Source of the DNA: Dendrobates tinctorius
Taxonomy: Eukaryota
Assembly: GCF_039654945.1 (NCBI RefSeq)
Contig: NW_027361684.1
Span: forward strand, 56,854,001-56,918,000
Direction: 5' to 3'
DNA: 64,000 nt
The position numbers were made by a program, and so were the translations under genes. This document shows, piece by piece, positions 1-10,485 of the stretch. Every line of letters starts with the position of its first letter. Within the stretch, counting starts at the first letter, position 1. The notes beneath the pieces are model-generated. The model was not told where the DNA came from. It worked only from the letters and a program-made list of their open reading frames with translations, and made no database searches.

Positions 1-2262
1 TGAAAACCCCCAACAAATGACACCATTTCGGAAACTAGACCCCCAAGGAACTTATCTATATGTGTGGTGAGCACTTTGAACCCCCCCGTGCTTCACAGAA
101 GTTTATAATGCCTGGCTAGGCATGAAAATGAAAAAAATCGTATTTTTTCCACAAACATGATCTTTTAGTCACCATTTTTTTTTTATTTTCCCAAGGGTAC
201 CAAGAGAAATTGCACCCCAAAAGTTGTTGTCCAATTTGTCCTAAGTACGCTGATACCCCATATGTGGGAGAAAACTACTGTATGGGCACACGTTGGGGCT
301 TGGAAGGGAAGTAGTGACGTTTTGGAATGCAGACTTTGATGGAATGGTCTGCGGGTGTCATGTTGCTTTTGGAGAGCCCCTGATGTACCTAAACTATTAA
401 AACTCCCCACAAGTTACTCCATTTTGGAAACTAGACCCCCCCACGGAACTTATCTAGATGTGTGGTGAGCACTTTGAACCAAGTGCTTCACAGAACTTTA
501 TAACGCCCGGGCGTGAAAATAAAAAAATCATTTTTTCCCACAAAAATGATATTTTTGCCACCAATTTTTTATTTTCCCAAGGGTAACAGGAGAAATTGGA
601 CCCCAAAAGTTGTTTTGCAATTTGTCCTGAGTAGGCTGATACCCCAAATGTGGGGGTAAAACACTGTTTGGGCGCATGGCAGAGCTTGGAAGGGAAGGAG
701 CACCATTTGACTTTTTCAACGCAGAATTGGCTGGAATTGAGATCAGATGCCATGTTGCATTTGGAGAGCACCTGATGTGCCCAAACAGTGGAAACCCCCA
801 ATTCTAACTCCAACCCTAACCCCAACACACCCCTAATCCTAATCTCAGCCCTAACTCTAGCCCTAGCCCTAATCCTAATGGGAAAATACATTTTTTTAAT
901 TTTATTATTTTTCCCTAACTAAGGGGGTGATAACAGGGGGCTTGATTTACTATTTATGGCGGTTTTTATGTTTGGCAGCTGTCACACGCTAAAAGACGCT
1001 TTTTATTGCAAAAATAGTTTTTGCATCACCACATATTGAGAGCTATAATTTTTCCATATTTTGACCCACCGAGTCATGTAAGGTCTTATTTTTTGCGGGA
1101 CGAGTTGACGTTTTTATTGGTATCATTTTTGGCCACGTGACATCTTTTGATCACTTTTATTCCGATTTTTGGGACACAGAATCAACAAAAAACAGCGTTT
1201 CATGAATTTCTTTTGGGGGGGGGGGTGCGTTTACACTGTTCCGCCTGCGGTAAAATTGATAAAGCCCTTTTATTCTTCGGGTCAGTACGGTTACAGCAAT
1301 ACATCATTTAGGTTGGTTTTTTTATGTTTTGGCGCTTTTATGCAATGAAAACAATTTTAAATAAAAAATAATTATTTTTGCATCGCTTTATTCTGCGAGC
1401 TATAACTTTTTTATTTTTTTGATGATGCTGTATGGTGGCTTGTTTTTTGTGGGACAAGATGACATTTTCAGCGGTACCATGGATATTTATATGCGTCTTT
1501 TTGATCGCGCGTTATTGCACTTTTTGTTGGGCAGTATGATAATAAATCATTATTTTTGCTTAGTTTTTTATTTTTATTTTTTAAGAGGTTCGCTAAAGGG
1601 GTTAACTAGTGGGACAGTTTTATAGGGCGGGTCGTTACGGACGCGGCGATACCAAATATGTGTACTATTGTTTTTTTTTATTTCCAAAAAATGAATTTAT
1701 TAGGGAATATTTTTTTTAATTTATTTAGCGATTTTTTTTAAATTATTTTTACACTTTTTTTTTACAGGGGGACATACCTGTCATGTGACAGATCGCTGAT
1801 CTGTCACATCACAGATCACTGTGACAGATCAGCGATCTGTCACAGGCACTGCACAGGCTTTCCTCATGCCTGCGCTGTGCAGGCACTAAGGAAGCCAGCT
1901 CCCTGCAGGCCCCCGAAGGTCCCTGTCGCCATCTTGGATTCGGGGACCTGCACATTGCGCTGCTGTGGGGGGGCAGGGAAGCACGGAGGGAGCCCCCTCC
2001 CTGCCGATGCTTCCCTTTAACCCCTGGTACACCGCGATCGTGGTTGATCACGGTGTGCAAGGGGTTAACGTGTCGGGGGCGGTCCGTCACCGCCCCTGAC
2101 ACATTGTGCCGGGTGTCAGTTGTGATAATCAGCTGACACCCGGCCGCGATCAGCGGCGCTCACCACGTGGGCGCCGCTGATCGCTGTGACGTACTATCCC
2201 GTCCCTGGGAATTAAGTCCCAGGGCACATGGACGGGATAGTACGTCACATGACAGAAAGGGG
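1..2262. mobile_element. Right part of a non-autonomous TTAA-targeting (piggyBac-like) DNA element, left end outside the window
   Basis: Ends ...AGAAAGGGG|TTAA (TTAA at 2263-2266), the reverse complement of a TTAA|CCCCTT terminus. Internal direct repeats at 1-800, several subterminal hairpins at 1790-2250, no transposase ORF. Confidence 0.6.
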
Positions 2263-2418
2263 TTAAAGGAAATACATAAGAGAGACAGAAGATTCGGCAC
2301 TGCTCCTTAACCCCCCAAAGCAGTTCCATGACTGCTATTCAAGTCGAAAATCACACATCTGGACCGACCGCCAAAATACAGTCAGAACGGGTGCTCAATC
2401 CAGAAAAGCAAACATGTA

Positions 2419-2662
2419 ATCTGATTTTGTACAAAAGAGAAAAAAAAGTGATGGCACTCACCGTTCTGTCGTGAAAATTCTTTATTAATTAAAAGGCATT
2501 GGCACGGGAGGAACGTACAGAGAGTGGACAACGGCCGTTTCACTCACTTGCACTTCAACGGGTCCTGATTCCCTCCCGTGCCAATGCCTTTTAATTAATA
2601 AAGAATTTTCACGACAGAACGGTGAGTGCCATCACTTTTTTTTCTCTTTTGTACAAAATCAG
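2419..2662. repeat. Inverted-repeat remnant, Penelope-like pLTR architecture
   Basis: About 90-bp AT-rich arms (2419-2510 vs 2570-2662) containing AATAAA. The spacer reads CCCGTTGAAG...GAAACGGCCG on the minus strand, a degenerate hammerhead-like core. Confidence 0.45.
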
Positions 2663-2883
2663 AATATTTAAAAGGTATTGTTGTAGAGTTACTACTCCTG
2701 TCCATATATTTTATCATAAATTACTGATGCCTAGTGTTGAGCATTCCGATACCGCAAGTATCGGGTATCGGCCGATATTAGCGGTATCAGAATTCCGATA
2801 CCGACTTCCGATACTTTTGTCATATCGGATTCCGGAATCGGAATCGGAAGTTCCCATCATGCTATGAGCCTGCTTGCTTTGAT

Positions 2884-3020
2884 TAAGCCAATGGGAATCC
2901 TCCGAAGTGTGGGCACATCCTGTTAGGCATGTAGGCATGTTAACTATTGGCATGGCTGTGATTGGCTGCCGAAATGATGTCATGATGCACTATAAAAGCC
3001 ACCGCAGCCGCCATTTCTGG
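2884..3020 (+). promoter_or_regulatory. Putative internal Pol II promoter of the hAT element
   Basis: CCAAT near 2889, two reverse CCAAT (ATTGG) near 2946 and 2961, TATAAAAG at 2991-2998, then a YY1-like GCCGCCATTT just downstream. Orientation matches the transposase. Confidence 0.5.
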
Positions 3021-3159
3021 TCACTCTGCTGTGAATTCAGTTAGGGACAGGCTGCTGTAGAAGACTGTGAGGGACAGTTAGAAATAGCGATTCCACCAAA
3101 CATCTAGTGCTTTACCCAGGCTACATAAACCACCACTGTAGCCTTCTTTGCCCTAGCAG

Positions 3160-3910
3160 CAGTGTTCACAGCTGTCTGCAAGGGCTGTGTGAGTGCAGCT
3201 CACGCTGTGGAGTGGGTCCTGCAGCCACGTCAGGCTGTAGGCCACCCAGTGTGATCACTGCTGCCTCATACATCTTTTATTTTTTGAGCTGCATTTTTTA
3301 CATAATTTCAATCTAGTGTGCTTCCATCCGTATCCATATACGTTGGTTGCAAACACTAGTAGTAGACAGCGGAGCCTTTCTGCAGCCTTTCAGTGCTAGT
3401 GTCCACTTTGCTGCACTGTTCACGGCTGTCTGAGAGGTCTCTGACTGTGTGTGAGTGCAGCTCACGCTGAGTAGTGTGTCCTGCAGCTACGTCTGGCTGT
3501 AGGACGCTCAGCGTGCGTCAGTGCCTCACACATATTTTTATTTGAGTGCAGCTCATTTTTTCTTCTATTAGTGTGCATCCATCCGTCTCCATCTACAGTG
3601 GTTGCAAACACTATATAGGAGTACACAGCGGAGCCTTTCTGCAGCCTGTCAGTGCCAGTGCCCACTTAGCTGCACTGTTGACGGCTGTCTGAGAGGTCTC
3701 TGACTGTGTGTGAGTGCAGCTCACGCTGAGTAGAGTGTCCTGCAGCTACGTCTGGTTGTAGGACGCTCAACGTGCGTCACTGCCTCACACATATTTGTCT
3801 TTGAGTGCAGCTCATTTTTTCTTCTCCTATTAGTGTGCATCCATCCGTATCCATCAACATTGGTTGGTTGCAAACACTATATAGGAGTAGATAGAGGAGC
3901 CTTTTTTTCT
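3160..3910 (+). repeat. Three diverged tandem copies of an about 255-260-bp unit in the hAT 5' region
   Basis: GTGTGAGTGCAGCTCACGCTG...TGCAAACACTA...GGAGCCTTT recurs, with units starting near 3163, 3416 and 3675. Confidence 0.8.
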
Positions 3911-4261
3911 GGCTTGTGCCCTGCCGGCGCAGCCAGATTAGTATTACCCAATTTTTTTGGAGCCTCATCTTTTGCATTGTAGGTTACCTGCCTGCATTGT
4001 AATAGCTCCAAAAAGTTGGTGATACTATCAGTTTCAATTCTTTGTTCACATACTTTGAGTTTGTTTCCAACAAAGAAACCACAAAAAAAGTTCACCAAAC
4101 ACTACATTTGGAACTTGTGTAGGCCACATCAGCTCCTATTAAAGTGTAGTCCACACACTTCATAAAATTAGTGTTTCTTGTACTTGTAACCAGCTGTTCA
4201 GGAATAAGCACACTAAGGCCCCCCTTTGTACTTTTCTGCCTATCTTAAGCAGTCTTGCAAG

Positions 4262-4576
4262 ATGAAGAAGGCAGGGAGTAAGGCGCGTGGGCGTGGGCGT
4301 GGAGTTTCAGCAGGGAGAGGACATGGGGATTCTGCAGGGAGAGGATGTGGGGATTCTACAGGTAGAGGACGTGGGGATTCTGGGCCTGCTGCGGGCACCA
4401 GTGGATCAGCATCCCCCAGTTTTAGCAGGCAACAGTCCTTTATGCGCAGCTTTGTAGGACCTCAACGTACCCCACTGCTGCGGGAGGAACAAATTGAAGC
4501 CGTTGTCGGATGGATGGCAGCTAACGCATCGACTTCAATTACTTCCGCATCCTCTCAGGGTCAGAGCACCGAATAG
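4262..4576 (+). CDS. RG-rich N-terminal segment of the hAT transposase, cut off by a single in-frame TAG
   Basis: ATG at 4262 is in the same frame as the 4607-7597 ORF, separated only by TAG at 4574-4576. Encodes MKKAGSKARGRGRGVSAGRGHGDSAGRG... from 21-bp repeats. Confidence 0.65.
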   Translation: MKKAGSKARGRGRGVSAGRGHGDSAGRGCGDSTGRGRGDSGPAAGTSGSASPSFSRQQSFMRSFVGPQRTPLLREEQIEAVVGWMAANASTSITSASSQGQSTE

Positions 4577-4606
4577 CAACCATCTGTCTCTTCACCACCT
4601 GCCAAA

Positions 4607-7597
4607 GTGCCCAGGCAGTCAGAGAGACATGGACAGGAGCCATCACAGTCTCTACTTCTGTTCTCGGAATCTGTTGGCTTGGAAAGAGGGGGCCAGCCAA
4701 GCAGCATTCCTGAATGTGAAGAAGAGGGAGTATGCAGTGATGCGCAACTTCTTTGTCCCTCTGAATCTGAAGAGGCGAGTGGGCCAGTGCCTATGGTCAG
4801 CACACCTCAGTACGCATCAGATGATGACGAGACTCAGTTGCCACTTTCTGGTGCGTACGGTGCTGGCGAGACAACCCCGGAGAAGCAGCTGTTTGAAGAG
4901 GGGAGGGAAGATGATGAGGTCCTTGACCCATCATGGCGTGAGGAACAGGAAGGTGGTGGGAGCAGCTCGGAGGAAGAGATTCCCCTACCGGCCAAAACAG
5001 GAGGCAGAGGGAGGGGGAAGACTTGGTTGCCTGTACCCTCCACTTCGGCACCCGTTAGGAGCATTCCTCATTCCAAAGGCAAACCGGGCGCTCCCAAGAG
5101 TTGCAGTGCGTGGTCCTTTTTTGACACAGTTGCAGATGACATTTGCTTTGTCAAATGCAAGCTGTGTCATCAGAGAGTCAAAAGAGGGAGAAATGTCAGC
5201 AACCTCAATACCACAAATATGTGGAAACATGTGCGCACCAAGCACGAGTTGGAGTTGCAGAGACACCCTGAAGACGTAGGCCAACGTACAGCACCACCTA
5301 CCACCTCTTCAGTTCGTGTTGGGGCCTCTTCCTCCAGCTCACACACTGCTGGTTCGGCTTCCTCACAGGATCGCCAAGGAAGAACCTCTGCCACTGTTGT
5401 CCGGAGACCCTGTCAGATTACACCCATAGCAGCACGTTCCCATCCATCACAGCCATCGGTAGCACAGGCATGGGATAAAAGGCGCCCTTACTCGGCAAAC
5501 CATCCCCGAGCACAGTCTCTGAATGCTGGCATTGCCAAACTTCTGGCAGTTGAAATGCTGTCATTCAGGCTGGTGGACACTGACACCTTCCGGGACTTAA
5601 TGGCATTGGCAGTCCCCCAATACAACGTGCCCAGCCGCTTTTATTTCAGCAGGCGAGCCGTCCCTGCCCTGCAGAAACATGTTGAGGGCAAAATAAAACA
5701 TGCGCTACTAAACGCCGTTAGTAGCAAGGTCCACCTGACCACCGATGCGTGGACCAGTAACCATGGACAGGGACGATACCTTTCCCTCACTGCCCACTGG
5801 GTCAATGTTGTGGAGCCGGGTACGGATCTGGAGAGTGGCGCTGTACGTGTTCTTCCAACGCCACGGATTGCAGGACTCCAGTCTGTACACATAGACTCCT
5901 CCTCCTACTCAAGTTCCTCAGAAACAGCAGAGCAGGAGCCTGTTACGACCGATATGAGCACAGCCGTGGCCAAACGTCAACAGGCTGTACTCAAATTAAT
6001 TTCTTTGGGGAATCGAAGCCACACAGCGCAGGAGCTCTGGAATGCTATCAAGCTGGAGAGCGATGTGTGGTTTGGGCCAGCGAATCTCCAGCCGGGCTTG
6101 GTAGTGTGTGACAATGGCCGAAATCTGGTGGCAGCTCTTGGCCTAGGCAACCTCACACACATCCCATGTCTGGCACATGTTCTTAACTTGGTCGTGCAGA
6201 GCTTTCTGAGGGACTATCCGGATCTTGATGCACTGTTGCACAAGGTCCGCATAGAGTGCGCTCACTTGCGACGTTCCAGCACGGCAAGATCGCGCCTCGC
6301 TGCTCTGCAGCGACGATTTGGCCTTCCGGAACATCGCATCATATGTGACCTACCCACCCGGTGGAATTCAACGTTACATATGTTGGAGCGGTTGTGTGAG
6401 CAGCAGGCAGCAGTTATGGAGTACCAGCTGCATCAGGCGCAAACAAGTCGCACTGTGCGCCGTTCACACTTCAGCACCATTGAGTGGGCCTCTATGAAGG
6501 ACATCTGCCTCGTTTTGCGTGCCTTCGATGAATCCACGCGGATGGCGAGTGCAGATGATGCACTAGTCAGCATGACTGTCCCCCTTATCTGCCTGCTTCA
6601 ACAAACACTGCAAGCACTATGGGATGAGGTTTCGGAAGAGGTGGAGGATGAGGAGTCCCAAATGCCATCTGCTTCTGGACAGTCTGCGCTACGTGTTTCC
6701 TCACAAAGGCCTAGGCAGGGGACACTTTGTGAGGAGGATGAGGAGGAGTCGATGGAGGAGGAAGACATCTCTCCAGAGGAGGGAGGTACACAAACCTCTA
6801 CTCAGTATGTACAGCGAGGGTGGGGTGATGCAGAGCAGGCCGAGGTCACGCCTCAAACAGGGGACAGCGGTTCTTTGGCAGTTGGGAGTCTGCAGCACAT
6901 GGTTGATTTCATGCTGCAGTGCCTGAGAAACGACCGCCGCATCGCCCACATTCTCGTCTCGGCTGATTATTGGGTGTACACCCTCCTAGATCCTCGCTAC
7001 CGGGACAGCGTACAAAGGCTCATACCAACGTTGAACCGGGAGCGTAAAATGCGGGAGTACGAAGAGTCACTGGTGCAGTCCATAATGTTTTCCATTCCAC
7101 CCGACAGCATTGTTGCTATTGCTTTAAAAAGCAGCTCTGTGCGTCGAGGCAGTGGAGGAAACTCTGCACAAAGAGGGAGCAGAGGCAGCGCCGCAGCACA
7201 AGGCAAGACCACTATGGCCCAAATGTGGCAAAGTTTTGTGTGTCCACCACAATTGTCTACAACATCAGCGACGCCTCGAGTCAGCAGGAGGCAACGCTTC
7301 CGTCAGATGGTGTCAGACTACATGTCTTGCCCTGTCGCTGTACTCCCAGATGGCTCTTCCCCCTTCAAGTTTTGGGTCTCTAAGCTGGATACATGGCCAG
7401 AGCTTAGCCAGTATGCATTGGAGGTGCTGGCTTGCCCTGCTGCCAGTGTATTATCGGAACGTGTCTTTAGTGCCGCAGGTGGTGTACTAACAGACCGTCG
7501 CACGCGACTATCTTCCGATAATGTTGACCGGCTGACTTTTCTGAAAATGAACAAGGCCTGGATCTCAAAAGACTTTGCCATTCCTCTTACAGACTAA
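4607..7597 (+). CDS. hAT transposase (ZBED-like: BED zinc finger, RNase H-like DDE core, C-terminal dimerisation domain)
   Basis: BED finger WSFF...CKLC...MWKHVRTKH. Catalytic motifs TTDAW, CDNGRN, CLAH (CxxH), TRWNS and SERVFS. The ORF-track start is GTG; the first in-frame ATG after the TAG is at 4793. Confidence 0.93.
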   Translation: MPRQSERHGQEPSQSLLLFSESVGLERGGQPSSIPECEEEGVCSDAQLLCPSESEEASGPVPMVSTPQYASDDDETQLPLSGAYGAGETTPEKQLFEEGREDDEVLDPSWREEQEGGGSSSEEEIPLPAKTGGRGRGKTWLPVPSTSAPVRSIPHSKGKPGAPKSCSAWSFFDTVADDICFVKCKLCHQRVKRGRNVSNLNTTNMWKHVRTKHELELQRHPEDVGQRTAPPTTSSVRVGASSSSSHTAGSASSQDRQGRTSATVVRRPCQITPIAARSHPSQPSVAQAWDKRRPYSANHPRAQSLNAGIAKLLAVEMLSFRLVDTDTFRDLMALAVPQYNVPSRFYFSRRAVPALQKHVEGKIKHALLNAVSSKVHLTTDAWTSNHGQGRYLSLTAHWVNVVEPGTDLESGAVRVLPTPRIAGLQSVHIDSSSYSSSSETAEQEPVTTDMSTAVAKRQQAVLKLISLGNRSHTAQELWNAIKLESDVWFGPANLQPGLVVCDNGRNLVAALGLGNLTHIPCLAHVLNLVVQSFLRDYPDLDALLHKVRIECAHLRRSSTARSRLAALQRRFGLPEHRIICDLPTRWNSTLHMLERLCEQQAAVMEYQLHQAQTSRTVRRSHFSTIEWASMKDICLVLRAFDESTRMASADDALVSMTVPLICLLQQTLQALWDEVSEEVEDEESQMPSASGQSALRVSSQRPRQGTLCEEDEEESMEEEDISPEEGGTQTSTQYVQRGWGDAEQAEVTPQTGDSGSLAVGSLQHMVDFMLQCLRNDRRIAHILVSADYWVYTLLDPRYRDSVQRLIPTLNRERKMREYEESLVQSIMFSIPPDSIVAIALKSSSVRRGSGGNSAQRGSRGSAAAQGKTTMAQMWQSFVCPPQLSTTSATPRVSRRQRFRQMVSDYMSCPVAVLPDGSSPFKFWVSKLDTWPELSQYALEVLACPAASVLSERVFSAAGGVLTDRRTRLSSDNVDRLTFLKMNKAWISKDFAIPLTD

Positions 7598-7662
7598 ATT
7601 AGTGGTTGGCAACTGTATCCAGGTCTGCTGGTGTGTTCATTTTTCTACCACCTGAACTATAA

Positions 7663-7953
7663 TTCTCATTTGCACAAGGAAAGACTAGAAGCAATGGGAT
7701 GAAACTGAATGGGAAGAGACACAGATTAGATATTAGAAAAAACTTTTTGACAGTTAGAGTGATCAATGAGTGGAACAGGCTGCCACGAGAAGTGGTGAGT
7801 TCTCCTTCAATGGAAGTCTTCAAACAGAGGCTGGACAGACATCTGACTGGGATGATTTAGCGAATCCTGCTTTGAGCAGGGGGTTGGACCAGATGGCCCA
7901 GGAGGTCCCTTCCAACTCTACGATTCTATGATTCTATGATTCTATGATTCTAT
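7663..7953 (+). mobile_element. 5'-truncated CR1 LINE 3' end inserted just after the transposase stop
   Basis: ORF2 C-terminal remnant (RLDIRKNFLTVRVINEWNRLP), GGTCCCTTCCAAC and an (ATTCTATG)n tail typical of CR1. Confidence 0.9.
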
Positions 7954-8104
7954 AATCCCTGTGCTTCAACACAGCCAGTTGTCGCTCAGATGTGTCGTCT
8001 GCACAGAGAAACACACTAGCTCCTGTGTTAGTGGGGTTCAGTAATGCCAGCTGATCCCCTGCTGTATGGACGGCAAAGTCACCAGCTCCATCAACATTCA
8101 AACC

Positions 8105-8509
8105 ACTACTGATTTTTAACCGTGTCCAACTTAGGTCTCTGGCTCCACTGTCTCTACTATTTCCCCTGACCTCCAACCCCGCCATCTACATCTCTGAAGT
8201 GGCGTCAGCACAATCTACACTTGTTCCTGTGGCTCAGTCCCATCAGTTTATCCCCTGATGTGTGTCCGGCAAGGTCTCCTGCTCTGTCCACATTCCCATA
8301 ACCAGTAGTGGGAATGAGGACAGAGCTGGCGAACTTGCCGGACAAACATCAGGGGATCAACTGACGGGACTGAGCACCAGTAACACAGGAACAAGTGTAG
8401 ATTGTGCTGACGCCACTTCAGAGATGTAGCTGGCGGGGTTGGAGGCCAGGGTAAATAGTAGAGACAGTGGAGCCAGAGGCCTAAGTGGAGCATGGTTAGA
8501 ATCAGTAGT
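8105..8509. repeat. Left long inverted repeat (about 200-bp arms, imperfect)
   Basis: ACTACTGATT... pairs with ...AATCAGTAGT, centre near 8300. Arms are diverged homologues of the 180-bp unit. Confidence 0.9.
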
Positions 8510-8562
8510 AGTCCTCAACCTCCATAAAAACCGCTGCCCATTGGCCTCTGCATGCGGCATGC

Positions 8563-10485
8563 GTAATCCTGGGCTCCAACAGTGTCAGTTGGTGTTCAGA
8601 AGTGTCGTCTCCACAGAGCCAAACACATTCGTTCGAGTGTTAGTGGGTTTCAGCACTGCCAGCTGTTCCCCTGCTGTGGAGATGGCAAGTCTCCTGCTGC
8701 CTTCACCTGCCAAAAACAACAGGCCCCAGCCTGCTCCTCGCCTAATCCTGGGCTCCAACAGCGTCAGTTGGTGTTCAGAAGTGTCGTCTCCACAGAGCCA
8801 GACACATTCGTTCAAGTGTTAGTGGGGTTCAGCACTGCCAGCTGTTCCCCTGCTGTGGAGATGGCAAGTCTCCTGCTGCCTTCACCTGCCAAAATCCAGT
8901 AGGCCCCAGCCTGCTCCTCGCCTAATCCTGGGCTCCAACAGCGTCAGTTGGTGTTCAGAAGTGTCGTCTCCACAGAGCCAAACACATTCGTTCAAGTGTT
9001 AGTGGGGTTCAGCACTGCCAGCTGTTCCCCTGCTGTGGAGATGGCAAGTCTCCTGCTGCCTTCACCTGCCAAAATCCAGTAGGCCCCAGCCTGCTCCTCG
9101 CCTAATCCTGGGCTCCAACAGCGTCAGTTGGTGTTCAGAAGTGTTGTCTCCACAGAGCCAGACACATTCGTTCGAGTGTTAGTGGGTTTCAGCACTGCCA
9201 GCTGTTCCCCTGATGTGGAGATGGCAAGTCTCCTGCTGCCTTCACCTGCCAAAATCCAGTAAGCCCCAGCCTGCTCCTCGCCAAATCCTGGGCTCCAACA
9301 GCGTCAGTTGGTGTTCAGAAGTGTCGTCTCCACAGAGCCAAACACATTCGTTCGAGTGTTAGTGGGTTTCAGCACTGCCAGCTGTTCCCCTGCTGTGGAG
9401 ATGGCAAGTCTCCTGCTGCCTTCACCTGCCAAAATCCAGTAGGCCCCAGCCTGCTCCACGCCAAATCCTGGGCTCCAACAGCGTCAGTTGGTGTTCAGAA
9501 GTGTCGTCTCCACAGAGCCAAACACATTCGTTCAAGTGTTAGTGGGTTTCAGCACTGCCAGCTGTTCCCCTGCTGTGGAGATGGCAAGTCTCCTGCTGCC
9601 TTCACCTGCCAAAATCCAGTAGGCCCCAGCCTGCTCCACGCCTAATCCTGGGCTCCAACAGCGTCAGCTGGTGTTCAGAAGTGTCGTCTCCACAGAGCCA
9701 AACACATTCGTTCAAGTGTTAGTGGGTTTCAGCACTGCCAGCTGTTCCCCTGCTGTGGAGATGGCAAGTCTCCTGCTGCCTTCACCTGCCAAAATCCAGT
9801 AGGCCCCAGCCTGCTCCACGCCTAATCCTGGGCTCCAACAGCGTCAGTTGGTGTTCAGAAGTGTCGTCTCCACAGAGCCAAACACATTCGTTCAAGTGTT
9901 AGTGGGGTTCAGCACTGCCAGCTGTTCCCCTGCTGTGGAGATGGCAAGTCTCCTGCTGCCTTCACCTGCCAAAATCCAGTAGGCCCCAGCCTGCTCCTCG
10001 CCAAATCCTGGGCTCCAACAGCGACAGTTGGTGTTCAGAAGTGTCGTCTCCACAGAGCCAAACACATTCGTTCGAGTGTTAGTGGGTTTCAGCACTGCCA
10101 GCTGTTCCCCTGCTGTGGAGATGGCAAGTCTCCTGCTGCCTTCACCTGCCAAAATCCAGTAGGCCCCAGCCTGCTCCTCGCCAAATCCTGGGCTCCAACA
10201 GCGACAGTTGGTGTTCAGAAGTGTCGTCTCCACAGAGCCAAACACATTCGTTCGAGTGTTAGTGGGTTTCAGCACTGCCAGCTGTTCCCCTGCTGTGGAG
10301 ATGGCAAGTCTCCTGCTGCCTTCACCTGCCAAAATCCAGTAGGCCCCAGCCTGCTCCTCGCCTAATCCTGGGCTCCAACAGCGTCAGTTGGTGTTCAGAA
10401 GTGTCGTCTCCACAGAGCCAAACACATTCGTTCAAGTGTTAGTGGGGTTCAGCAATGCCAGCTGTTCCCCTGCTGTGGAGATGGC
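8563..10485 (+). repeat. 180-bp tandem array A (about 10.7 units)
   Basis: AGGCCCCAGCCTGCTCC recurs every 180 bp from 8721 to 10341, with only a few substitutions per unit. Confidence 0.98.

Noticed and set aside
805-880. Interstitial telomere
   Set aside because: It is a short, degenerate CCCTAA-like tract inside a DNA element, not a true telomeric array.
4607-7597. Domesticated host ZBED gene (ZBED1/4/6)
   Set aside because: It is flanked by TIRs and a perfect TSD and has an upstream in-frame stop, so it is a transposon copy. No gene symbol assigned.
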